Made by a program: the position numbers and the translations under genes. From positions 416,001-480,000 of the forward strand of contig OZ241917.1 of assembly GCA_965203805.1 (NCBI GenBank): a stretch of DNA of 64,000 nt. Reading direction: 5' to 3'. This stretch comes from Candidatus Latescibacterota bacterium. GTDB lineage: Bacteria > Latescibacterota > UBA2968 > GCA-2709665. Shown in pieces: positions 9,376-18,976 of the stretch (its first letter is position 1; each line of letters begins with the position of its first letter). Under the pieces are notes generated by a model. It did no database searches and was not told the origin of the DNA. It worked only from the letters and a program-made list of their open reading frames with translations.

Positions 9376-10698
9376 ATGCATTACGCAACAGATACCCCGC
9401 TGCCCCGTGTGCGAAACGTTGAAGTGGTTCCGATCGACCAGGATGGCAGCCGCGTGTTCTACGTGCGCGATCCGCTGGAGGTCGCGCCGCAGCCCCTGTT
9501 GGTCGGACCGGCAGGGGTCTTCATTTTATCGCAACTGGATGGCCGTCGCACCATCGATGAGATTCTCGAATCCGTGCGAAAGGCGCTGCCGGGCGGAGAG
9601 GTGGGGGTTGGTGAGGTGCGTCAGGTGCTTGGCAAATTGAGTGAGTGCTGCTTTCTGGACGATCATGTAGCTTCGGCGCGGATTGCACAGGTACGCGAGG
9701 CATTCGAGGATTCGGACGTGCGGCCGGCGTGGCACGCGGGCACTGCATACCCGTCCGATCCCGGGGAACTGGCGGGAATGCTCGACGGCTTCTTCGCCGC
9801 GGCGTCTTCCGAAAAGGCGCAGGACGGAATCGGGAACGGAGACGCCACCACGGGGCTTGCCGCCATCATGTGCCCGCACATCGACCTGCGTGCCGGCGGA
9901 AAGACCTACCCGCCGGCTTTCACGGCGCTGGCCGATGCCGCCGATGCGTCCCGGCCATTCGATCTCTTTGTCATTCTCGGCGTGGCCCACAACGGGGGCA
10001 CGGAACCGGGAAAGAGCTTCGCCATCGCGACCGGCAAACACTATGAGACGCCGTTCGGACGGGTGGCTTCGAACGGCCGGATCATCGACGATTGGTCGCG
10101 TCGTGCCGGGCGCGACGTCACGCAGCAGCAGTGGATGCATCGCACCGAACACTCGGTGGAGTTTGCACTGCTGTTTCTCCAGTATATCCAGGCGCGGGCG
10201 AACCTGCCGCCGTACGAAATCGTACCCGTTCTGCTTGGCAGCGTCGATCACTATCTTCACGAAGGACAGGATCCCCTGCGGGGCCCGGAAGTCGCTACCG
10301 AACTCGACGCGCTGAGGGCGGCGGTTTCTGCCGGCGGCAAGCGCGCCCTCTACGTACTCAGCGTGGACCTGGCGCATATCGGACCCAAATTCGGCCACCC
10401 CGACCGAGTCGATGATGCGGCGGCCGCCGCCTGCGAGTCCGCCGACCGTGACCTGCTCGGAACCGCGCAACGGTTCGATGCGGCCGGACTCCGTCGCTCG
10501 TTGCAGACCGACGGAAACGGCCGTAACGTGGACGCCGCTGCCGGTCTGTTTGCGCTCCCGGCGCTTCTGTCCGGCGCCGAATGCCGCGGCGACCTGCTCA
10601 GCTACGGGCAGAATCGGCAGGAGGAGTCCGGTTCCCTGGTCAGCTATGCCAGCATGGCCTTCTACCGGGCGCCGACAACATCCGCGGACCGCGCCTGA
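9376..10698 (+). CDS. MEMO1 / AmmeMemoRadiSam protein B family
   Basis: AG..YP, PHID, GVAH, EHSVE, SVDLAH.G..FG. Confidence 0.88.
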   Translation: MHYATDTPLPRVRNVEVVPIDQDGSRVFYVRDPLEVAPQPLLVGPAGVFILSQLDGRRTIDEILESVRKALPGGEVGVGEVRQVLGKLSECCFLDDHVASARIAQVREAFEDSDVRPAWHAGTAYPSDPGELAGMLDGFFAAASSEKAQDGIGNGDATTGLAAIMCPHIDLRAGGKTYPPAFTALADAADASRPFDLFVILGVAHNGGTEPGKSFAIATGKHYETPFGRVASNGRIIDDWSRRAGRDVTQQQWMHRTEHSVEFALLFLQYIQARANLPPYEIVPVLLGSVDHYLHEGQDPLRGPEVATELDALRAAVSAGGKRALYVLSVDLAHIGPKFGHPDRVDDAAAAACESADRDLLGTAQRFDAAGLRRSLQTDGNGRNVDAAAGLFALPALLSGAECRGDLLSYGQNRQEESGSLVSYASMAFYRAPTTSADRA

Positions 10699-10803
10699 GC
10701 CATCGGGCACTCCCGGCCCTCATTTCTTGTTTCTCGCATCGTTCATTCTCGCGCGTTATATTGCGAATGCCGCGTGATATACTATCGTCCAGGAGGCCGA
10801 AAT

Positions 10804-11649
10804 ATGTCCCGGAAGTGGCTGCGCGTCGCCGCGGTCCAGATGCACGCCGGCGAAGACATCGAGAAAAACGCGGACGGCATCGTCGACCGGCTGGCTGCCT
10901 GCGCCCGTGAAAACGTGGAGGTCGCCGCATTCCACGAAGGCGTCCTGTTCGGCTATTGCGACCGACCGGATTTCTGGACGCAGCGCAATCAGACCCGCAT
11001 CGAAATCGCCGAACGGCGGATCGTCCAGGCCTGCCGCAAAGGAACCATCGGGGCGGTCGTCGGCTCAACCCATCTCGAAGGCGGAAAACGCTTCAACAGC
11101 CTGCTCGTCGTCGACCGGGACGGCAAGGTCAAGGGACGCTACGGCAAGATCCACCTTGCGGGCGAGCGCTGGTTTGAGCCCTCCCAGCACCTCCCCGTTT
11201 ACAGGTTGTGCGGCGTTCCGTGCTGTTTCCTGATCTGTCACGATATTCGCTATCCCGAACTCGTGCGGCTGCCCGCTGCGGCCGGCGCCGAGGTCTGCTT
11301 CTTCTGCAGCTGTGAGAGTTCCGTCACTTTGGAGCATAAGTTGTCCGCGTACCGGGCCATGCCGATCAGCCGCGCGACCGAGAACGGCATCTACGTCGTG
11401 ATGGCCAATGCGCCGGCCGATCCGTCGGATATCGACCGCGCGGGTTCTTCGCATGGCGAGTCGAAGATTATCCATCCGGACGGCAACGTCATGGCGGAAG
11501 CCGGGATGTTTAGCGATGAGATCGTCATCCGAAGGCTGGATCTGCGCCAGGCGTCGCGAAATATCGCCATGCGCGCCGTACACGATGTCACCTGCATCAG
11601 TGGTTGGATGAAGGACGGCGTGAGGCTTGTTGAGGGAGGAAACGCATGA
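10804..11649 (+). CDS. Carbon-nitrogen hydrolase (nitrilase superfamily)
   Basis: E-K-C triad (FHEG, YGKIHL, ICHDIRYPE), RATEN. Confidence 0.88.
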   Translation: MSRKWLRVAAVQMHAGEDIEKNADGIVDRLAACARENVEVAAFHEGVLFGYCDRPDFWTQRNQTRIEIAERRIVQACRKGTIGAVVGSTHLEGGKRFNSLLVVDRDGKVKGRYGKIHLAGERWFEPSQHLPVYRLCGVPCCFLICHDIRYPELVRLPAAAGAEVCFFCSCESSVTLEHKLSAYRAMPISRATENGIYVVMANAPADPSDIDRAGSSHGESKIIHPDGNVMAEAGMFSDEIVIRRLDLRQASRNIAMRAVHDVTCISGWMKDGVRLVEGGNA

Positions 11650-11680
11650 TGAAGCGCTTCAATTTGCCGGCGGGGCGTGT

Positions 11681-13138
11681 ATGAAAGATACCCGACCGAA
11701 CATCCTGTGGATCTGTACGGACCAACAGCGGTACGATACCGTACGCGCACTGGGGAACCCCCACGTCGACACGCCCAATATGGACCGGCTTGTCGCGGAC
11801 GGATTCGCCTTTACGCACGCGTACTGCCAGAGCCCGATCTGCACGCCCAGCCGCGCGAGTTTCCTGACCGGCCAATATGCGAGCGCCGTCCACGTGAACG
11901 GAAACGGCAACTCGCACTTTCCGGACGCGCCGCCGCCGGTCACGAAATTGCTCGCGGACAGCGGCTACGACTGCGGTCTGATTGGTAAATTGCACCTGTC
12001 CAGCGCGTTCGGGCGCGTGGAAAAGCGCGTCGATGACGGGTACCGGTACTGGCAATACAGCCACGCGCCGCGGGACGACTGGGAGACCGGGCACGACTAC
12101 GCCGACTGGGTACGGTCGAAGGGAGAGGTGCTGGGTGAGTTGACGAAAAGCCTCGACGGTGTGCCCGCGGCATTGCACCAGACGACCTGGTGTGCGGAGA
12201 AAACCATCGACTTCCTGAGCGAAGCGCGTGACGGTCCCTGGTTGGCCTCCGTCAATATCTACGACCCGCATCCCCCGTTCAATCCGCCGAAGGCGTACCG
12301 CGATCTGTTCGATCCGGAACAGGTGAACGGTCCCCTGTTCAGAGAGAGCGATCTGGCGCAGCAGAAAAAGCTGGAAGCCGTCGATTTTCAGTCCAGAGGA
12401 CGGCATCCGAGTGAGCTGGACATCAAGAGCCCGGTGATCCCCTGGACGCAGACCCGCGGACTGGTCGAGCCGGAGACAACCGGAAAAAGGGACGCCAAAA
12501 CGCTGATCGCCGCGTACTACGCGATGATCAAGCTGATCGACGATCAACTCGGGCGAATTATCGCCGCGCTGGAAGACACCGGCCAGCGCGAGAACACACT
12601 GGTCATCTTAACCAGCGATCACGGGGAGATGCTGGGTGACCACGGGCTGATTCAGAAGGGATGCCGGTTCTACGAAGGGCTGGTGCGGGTGCCGCTGATT
12701 TTCTCGTGGCCGAATCAGGTGAAATCGGGGCAGAGGAGCAACGCGCTCGTCGAATTGCGCGACATCGCTCCACTCCTGTTGGAGACAGCGGGGTTGCCGG
12801 TGCCCGAGCGGATGCAGGCGCGTTCCCTGTTACCCTTGCTGGGCGGCGAAAAATCACCCGGCGAACACCGCGAATTCGTACGGTGCGAGTTTTACGACGC
12901 GCTGGACCAGGCCGACGGGACTTTCGCCACGATGTACCGCGACCGCCGGTACAAACTGGTGGTCTACCACGGGCACGGCCTGGGCGAACTGTATGACCTC
13001 GAGGAGGACCCCGGAGAGTTTGACAATCTGTGGGACAACCCCGATCACGCCGCCGTGAAACTCGACCTGATGCAACGCAGCTTCGACGCCTCAATGCTCG
13101 CCATGGACAGAGGTCCCGAACGCATCGGGCCGATGTGA
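11681..13138 (+). CDS. Sulfatase
   Basis: PNIL.I.TDQQR, CTPSR (CxPxR), GKLH, SDHGE. Confidence 0.93.
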   Translation: MKDTRPNILWICTDQQRYDTVRALGNPHVDTPNMDRLVADGFAFTHAYCQSPICTPSRASFLTGQYASAVHVNGNGNSHFPDAPPPVTKLLADSGYDCGLIGKLHLSSAFGRVEKRVDDGYRYWQYSHAPRDDWETGHDYADWVRSKGEVLGELTKSLDGVPAALHQTTWCAEKTIDFLSEARDGPWLASVNIYDPHPPFNPPKAYRDLFDPEQVNGPLFRESDLAQQKKLEAVDFQSRGRHPSELDIKSPVIPWTQTRGLVEPETTGKRDAKTLIAAYYAMIKLIDDQLGRIIAALEDTGQRENTLVILTSDHGEMLGDHGLIQKGCRFYEGLVRVPLIFSWPNQVKSGQRSNALVELRDIAPLLLETAGLPVPERMQARSLLPLLGGEKSPGEHREFVRCEFYDALDQADGTFATMYRDRRYKLVVYHGHGLGELYDLEEDPGEFDNLWDNPDHAAVKLDLMQRSFDASMLAMDRGPERIGPM

Positions 13139-13238
13139 GGGAGGGGATGGAGTTTCTCCAACTCTTGCCTTAACGCGCTGATCCTTGAGAGAATCCGACT
13201 GACGCAGCCTATCCTGGTGAAATGTAAGGGAAACCCAA

Positions 13239-14261
13239 ATGGAAATTGATCTGAACAAGATCGTAGACGAACTGAACTTCCTGTCTGCAGGTTATCGGGT
13301 TGGAAACCTTCAACAGCTTCGCCGGAAGATTCAATGCAAGTCGGGAAACTACCGCGGAATGCGCTTGCAAGTTCCGAAGAATAAACACGATTATGCATTT
13401 CATTGGGGCGGCCGCAAAGAGCTGCAGTTCAATTTGGGTATTGAGCATTCCCATATTCGATATGGGCTTGCGTTTTCGTTTGAATCCAGCCGCACCTATC
13501 CGCTTGCCGAACTACGCCGACTCCTTTTTCCAAAAGTGGGACGCTACAACCAATATATCGAGCGGAATGCAGATCGTTTCGCAAATATGAAAATGTGGGA
13601 TTGGGTCGATGATCAGCGGTCGAACGACTATCAACCCGGACCGATCAGGACAGACCTATATCACGGAAAAGTGTTCATATTCTTGGGGCGAAGCAGCACT
13701 CGAGACTCCTGGAATCCACATGAAGTGCTGAAAACCTTTGATGATCTCTTGCCGATCTACGAATACGTTGAAAGCGATGGATCGTCTTCTCTCAAGCCTC
13801 ACCGACACGGAGCAGCCGGATTCTCTTTTCAGCCCGGCTGTACAAACAAGCCGAGCCGAACTATCGCCAAACTGCATCCGGGCATCTCTAACATCCGTCT
13901 ACGCCACAACGATATGCAGTTCACGCTTCACGCCAAACTGGCATCGAAACACGGCAAGGGCAACGTGGGCACGGAAAATCCCAGTGGCAATGGTCTACCC
14001 ATCGACGTCGTCGTTGAACACGAAGACAACACCTATAGTTTCTACGAAATCAAGACCTCACACGATCCGCGCATTTGCATCCGCGAAGCCATGGGCCAAT
14101 TGCTAGAATACGCCTATTGGAACGGTTGTGGCCCAGGGATTCGCAACTTGGTAATCGTCGGACCAAATCCGATTGACTACGACGCCCAAAAGTACCTGCT
14201 GGAGCTAAGGGCAAAATTCAGCCTGCCGATAAAATACGTTCACCTGCGGATTCCAGGTTGA
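13239..14261 (+). CDS. Putative PD-(D/E)XK nuclease
   Basis: C-terminal IDVVV...FYEIKT...A.GQLLEY. Confidence 0.6.
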   Translation: MEIDLNKIVDELNFLSAGYRVGNLQQLRRKIQCKSGNYRGMRLQVPKNKHDYAFHWGGRKELQFNLGIEHSHIRYGLAFSFESSRTYPLAELRRLLFPKVGRYNQYIERNADRFANMKMWDWVDDQRSNDYQPGPIRTDLYHGKVFIFLGRSSTRDSWNPHEVLKTFDDLLPIYEYVESDGSSSLKPHRHGAAGFSFQPGCTNKPSRTIAKLHPGISNIRLRHNDMQFTLHAKLASKHGKGNVGTENPSGNGLPIDVVVEHEDNTYSFYEIKTSHDPRICIREAMGQLLEYAYWNGCGPGIRNLVIVGPNPIDYDAQKYLLELRAKFSLPIKYVHLRIPG

Positions 14262-14301
14262 CTTAATCATCCTGTGCCCGCTTTTCACTTGGAGGGGTTA
14301 G

Positions 14302-17112
14302 ATGGATGGAGGCGCACACTTTTATCGTTGTGATCTTCAGGTACATTCCCCCCGAGATACAAATTGGACTGGCCGTGAACGCGTAACAGAGCCGGATCGA
14401 TATGCCTACGCGACTAATCTTGTACATGCTTGCCGCGAACGTGGGCTACAAGCAATTGCTATAACAGATCATCATGACATGTTGTTTCTCAGATTCGTTC
14501 GCTCAGCCGCTGCCGAAGAGAAAGACCAGGAGGGCAACGAGTTGTTGCCAGAGAAACGCTTGGTGGTATTTCCTGGAATGGAGTTGACTCTGGGAGTTCC
14601 TTGCCAGGCATTGGTTATATTTGACGCCAAATTTCCAGACGATTTATTCTCGTTGGCCATGAACGCTCTAGCCATTACACCAAGTGCCGAAAATGACGCG
14701 AAGATAGCCGACGTGCAACGACTAAATGGTATACAGTCGCTAGGTGATTTAAAACAGAAACTCGACGAGCACGATTTCATTCGCGGTCGCTACATCGTAT
14801 TTCCGAATGTCGGTAAGGACGGTCAGTTCTCCCTGATTCGGAAAGGGCTTGCAGGAAAGTACGTCGAAATGCCGTGTGTTGGTGGATACGTAGACGGAAA
14901 AATCGCCGACTTAGGGAAGGGTACGCGAAACATCATTGACGGAAAGGCTAGGGAGTGGGGACATAAGCGGATTGCGTGTTTTCAAACTTCAGACAGTCGT
15001 AGTGAAGATCACACGACGCTCGGAGAATCTAGCACGTGGATCAAGTGGGCCGTCCCCACCGCTGAGGCGCTACGCCAAGCGTGTCTAGGCCAGGAGTCTA
15101 GGATTTCCCAAGAATTGCCCCCAATGCCAGCAGTTGTGATAAAGAGTATCTCGGCGAGTAACAGTTCATTCCTTGGTCCGTTTGACCTAGAACTGAATCC
15201 GCAGTACAACTGTCTAATTGGCGGTCGAGGGACTGGGAAGTCCACGATCCTTGAATACTTACGCTGGGGGTTGTGCGATCAACCGCCATCAGATTTAGAG
15301 GAGAGCGATACGCCGAATTATGAGGCACGGAGGCGGCGTCTAATCGAACACACGCTAAAACCTATGGACGCAACGGTGGATGTGCAGTTTGAGGTTAATG
15401 GCGTACAGCACATCGTCCGACGAACGAGTGAAAACGGTCACCTTCTGATCAAGATCGGCACTGAAGAAATGAAACCTTGCACTGAAGAGGAAGTTCGCAG
15501 GCTACTACCCATACAGGCCTATAGTCAAAAGCAACTGAGTGACGTAAGTGTCAGGGTCGATGAGTTGTCACGTTTTGTCAGAGCCCCGATTCGCGCAGAA
15601 CTTGATAAGATTGAACAGCGTCTAGAGGAGGGCGCCGACAGGGTAAAGGAAATCTACGCGTTGGTGCGACGATATCGTGCGCTTTCCCGAACGATCCAGG
15701 AACGTCAAATTGCTGAAAGTTCGTTGTCGGAGCAAGCAGATGCGCTACGAGCGGGACTATCAGGCCTGTCGGAAGAGGATCGTGCGCTGCTCGATATGGG
15801 TGGTTCATATTCGAATGCGGAACACACCGTCGAGTCTTGGAAGAGTGGTGTTATCCAGTTGGCCGAAGGTGCCGACGCGTTGCGATCGAGGTTAGATGTC
15901 CATTTGGTTGAGCATGAAGCGGTGCCAGCAAGTCCGGAAGGCGACATTCTGAGGGACGCCCACGGGGAATATAGAACGCTGCTCACTGATGCAAAGTTAG
16001 CTCTTGATGGCATCGTCGAGAAGGCACGATCAATTATCGATGCTCCACAATCGGACGGTGAAGGTCCTTGGCGGAAATGGGTTGAGAAATTGGCCGCTTT
16101 TCGTGAGGCATACCAATTGGCTGTTAGTCGATCGACGACTCATCGTGACAAAATGGAGCAACTGACAGAGATCGAGGAACGACTGCGGGCGCATCAACAA
16201 GAGACGTTGCGCTTAGAAAAAGAAAAAAAGGCGATTGCGAGGGTGGAGGAGGACTATAATAACGCGCGCGATGAATGGAAGGAGCTGATTGGCAAGCGCG
16301 ATGATTTACTTGATGTGCAATGTTCGAATCTAACAACGAACTCTGGAGGCACCATTCGTGCCCACGTTAGCCGTTACGCCGATCCCGAGGATTTCGTAAC
16401 GCGACTAAAGCAGGCAGTCAGTGGATCGCGTGTACAAGGTAGCAAAATCGAGCAACTCGGAGCGGCTATCTCAGAAGTAGAATCAGCAAGTGACGCACCC
16501 AAAATCCACCAGGCGATCTTGGCGGACCTTGAGAAACTGGCGGAATTCGATGCAGAGCGAGAGGGAATTGAGAATCGGCCAGATGCCTCAGCTCTGACAC
16601 GTATCGGATTGACTAAATCAAACTTGGACGGGATCTGTAGAGGTCTTGGGCTAGACGATTGGTTGACTCTGTCACTTACGCCAATCACTAGTGAGCCAGT
16701 TTTCGAATATCGGGCGCGCGAGAAGGATTACATTCCGTTCCGAAACGCTTCGGCTGGTCAGCAGGCTACGGCACTACTCACAACGCTACTTAATCAGTCA
16801 GGTCCTCCATTGATTATTGATCAGCCGGAGGAGGATCTGGACAACCCAATTATCCTGGAGATCGTTGAACACGTTTGGGTTGCAAAAAAGAAACGTCAGC
16901 TAATTTTCGCGAGCCACAATGCTAATTTAGTGGTGAATGGTGACGCCGAGCTTGTTGCTTGGTGTGGCCACAGAACGTCTGGCGACCAGTCACGGGGGAC
17001 GGTTGCTGGCGAGGGTGCGATCGATGTAGACGACACCAGAAATGCTATCAAGGAAATAATGGAAGGGGGGGAGGCAGCATTTAACCTCAGAAGGGCCAAA
17101 TATGGGTTCTGA
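14302..17112 (+). CDS. PHP domain + coiled-coil ABC/AAA ATPase (TrlF/Ppl-like defence protein)
   Basis: DLQVHSP, AITDHH, PGMEL; GGRGTGKS, SAGQ, IIDQPEEDLDN, SHN. Confidence 0.82.
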   Translation: MDGGAHFYRCDLQVHSPRDTNWTGRERVTEPDRYAYATNLVHACRERGLQAIAITDHHDMLFLRFVRSAAAEEKDQEGNELLPEKRLVVFPGMELTLGVPCQALVIFDAKFPDDLFSLAMNALAITPSAENDAKIADVQRLNGIQSLGDLKQKLDEHDFIRGRYIVFPNVGKDGQFSLIRKGLAGKYVEMPCVGGYVDGKIADLGKGTRNIIDGKAREWGHKRIACFQTSDSRSEDHTTLGESSTWIKWAVPTAEALRQACLGQESRISQELPPMPAVVIKSISASNSSFLGPFDLELNPQYNCLIGGRGTGKSTILEYLRWGLCDQPPSDLEESDTPNYEARRRRLIEHTLKPMDATVDVQFEVNGVQHIVRRTSENGHLLIKIGTEEMKPCTEEEVRRLLPIQAYSQKQLSDVSVRVDELSRFVRAPIRAELDKIEQRLEEGADRVKEIYALVRRYRALSRTIQERQIAESSLSEQADALRAGLSGLSEEDRALLDMGGSYSNAEHTVESWKSGVIQLAEGADALRSRLDVHLVEHEAVPASPEGDILRDAHGEYRTLLTDAKLALDGIVEKARSIIDAPQSDGEGPWRKWVEKLAAFREAYQLAVSRSTTHRDKMEQLTEIEERLRAHQQETLRLEKEKKAIARVEEDYNNARDEWKELIGKRDDLLDVQCSNLTTNSGGTIRAHVSRYADPEDFVTRLKQAVSGSRVQGSKIEQLGAAISEVESASDAPKIHQAILADLEKLAEFDAEREGIENRPDASALTRIGLTKSNLDGICRGLGLDDWLTLSLTPITSEPVFEYRAREKDYIPFRNASAGQQATALLTTLLNQSGPPLIIDQPEEDLDNPIILEIVEHVWVAKKKRQLIFASHNANLVVNGDAELVAWCGHRTSGDQSRGTVAGEGAIDVDDTRNAIKEIMEGGEAAFNLRRAKYGF

Positions 17113-17499
17113 GTTCGCACCTATGACCCAGCGCGCCCGTGAGTCACTTAGCCTGACTAATTCATGAAACTGAACGGAACAGTGTTTTTGGAAGCAAAAA
17201 GTGATCTATAGAAGGGGAAATAGTCAAATGACGTGTTGGTGACGGGATAATGCGTAATTTTGGGTGGTCTGTCAGCATCGAGGGGTGTCGAGTTCTTTGA
17301 TTTGTGGATGGAAAGGACAGACGGATGCCTTGGTCTTACTTTTGGCGATGAGAAAGGGACGGCGGGGCCTGCGTGAAGCGTCTGCGTTATGGAACTGCCT
17401 TTGCCAAATTGCATAGGATGGTGCCATAGAGGTGTTTCAAGGGAAATGAGGTTGGCAAATGGAGTTTGATTTTGGTTTTGAGTTCGGACACTCTCCCGG

Positions 17500-17520
17500 C
17501 CTGTCTGCCGGACAGGCAGG
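17500..17520. repeat. 21-nt palindromic insert CCTGTCTGCCGGACAGGCAGG
   Basis: Removal restores KVAGRV. Confidence 0.85.
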
Positions 17521-17726
17521 CGACTTTGAGGATGCGATTCTGAATGGTATTAAACTGCGCGTGCGTCCATTGGGTGGTCCGGAGTCCTTTTTCGGTAAGG
17601 GTGTGCATCAGGACATAAGCGGCACTATGCAGTAAGAGACGGAAGTGATTGGCTTCGAAGGTGTGGCAGGAGGTACGATCGGAATGGAGGAAGGTTTTGT
17701 GATTCTTGATGAAGTTTTCCATCCTG

Positions 17727-17747
17727 CCTGCCTGGCCGGCAGACAGG
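17727..17747. repeat. 21-nt palindromic insert CCTGCCTGGCCGGCAGACAGG
   Basis: Removal restores the YCARGRMEN motif. Confidence 0.88.
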
Positions 17748-18583
17748 CCGCGCGCACAATAGACGGTTTTGTAGAGGAATGAGGGCTGGCTACTCTTCAG
17801 GTTGGTGACGACAAAGCGTGTATTGGCTTGTCCGGAAGCGGTGATTTCAGCTTTGTAGATGATGCGTCTTGGCAGGGCCCAGGAATCTGCCTGGTAAGCG
17901 AAACTGGTAAATCGCTGCACAGGCTGTCCGGTCTCCCGATACTGTGCCTTTGCCTGCTCGATCAGCGCGTGTCCCCGTTGTGCAAGCCTGGCATTGCCCG
18001 TCTGTCCCAGCACGAAATACACCTCTTGCACGTCGCAGAAGTCGTGGACCTCGGGACAGGAAAAATGGCCGTCGCCACGCAAAAAGAGTCGCACGTGCGG
18101 CCACGCCTCGCGAAGGCGTTTCACCAGTCGCTTGAGAACGGTGACAATCTGTTTGCCGGTAGGACGGGCGCCCGGACGCAAAAGCGTCGTGATCAGTCTT
18201 CCTGTCTGCCCTTCATAGATATGCAAGGGACAGTAACAGCGTTCACCATAATAGCCATTGAACATCGCCAACTGTTGACAGCCGTAAACCTCGTCGTCGG
18301 TGTCATCGATATCCAGAACGACCGCGTTGGGAGGCCGCTTGTAGGACGCGATAAACCCGTCCACAAGGGCCTCGGCAATACGATATAAGTCCCGGCGACG
18401 AATGCCGTTTTCCAAACGACTCATCGTGGGTTGGCTGGCCAACGGCGTCCCTGATATCGGCAACCGACCACAGGCCGCCTTGAACGCGGGGTCAAAGCGC
18501 AGCAAATCGCAATCGTTCGCATCTTCATACGCGCACGCGATCTGAAACACACGCTGGCTGATCAGATCCGACATCGTGTGATC

Positions 18584-18616
18584 CCTGCCTGCGCCAAGTG
18601 CAGCGCGGCAGGCAGG
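18584..18616. repeat. 33-nt palindromic insert CCTGCCTGC-15 nt-GCAGGCAGG
   Basis: Removal restores HPSYVDHT. Confidence 0.88.
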
Positions 18617-18716
18617 CACATAACTGGGATGCCGACGGTCCGGTAACGCCTCGACGATCCGAGACAGAATGCCGATCTTGGACTCTACCTCTCGAAGCAA
18701 CATCGACCCGATATCG

Positions 18717-18735
18717 CCTGCCTGCAGCAGGCAGG
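18717..18735. repeat. 19-nt palindromic insert CCTGCCTGCAGCAGGCAGG
   Basis: Removal restores the frame and GGVLTSDIG. Confidence 0.88.
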
Positions 18736-18976
18736 CTGGTGAGCACACCGCCGTCGAAGACGGCTTCCACCTGCTTGCCAGAAACACTTGCGAACGGAAC
18801 TGTGAGTTGACTATCTTGACCTTTCACGGTAGTTTCCTCCTGTTTCATTGCGTTATGGTTATTCGCCTAACCATAATATAATACAATGACTTGGGTAAGG
18901 AAACTACCTTTTTTGTGAATAATTGGGGTCAGACTGACGATACCTATCCATATTCAAAATAGCCGGAGAAAAAAAG

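Larger units (their letters stand above)
17387..18848 (-). pseudogene. IS1380 transposase, frameshifted by a 19-nt palindromic insert and carrying three in-frame inserts
   Basis: FDGG.LTSD, YED.ND, LASQPTMSRLEN, LDIDDT, LRGDG.F, Y..RG.MEN.IK; N-terminus lies in ORF 18525-18848, remainder in 17387-18787. Confidence 0.88.
17152..18928 (-). mobile_element. IS1380-family insertion sequence
   Basis: Imperfect terminal IRs (CCTGACTAATTCATGAAA vs CCCCAATTATTCACAAAA), DDE transposase inside. Confidence 0.8.
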
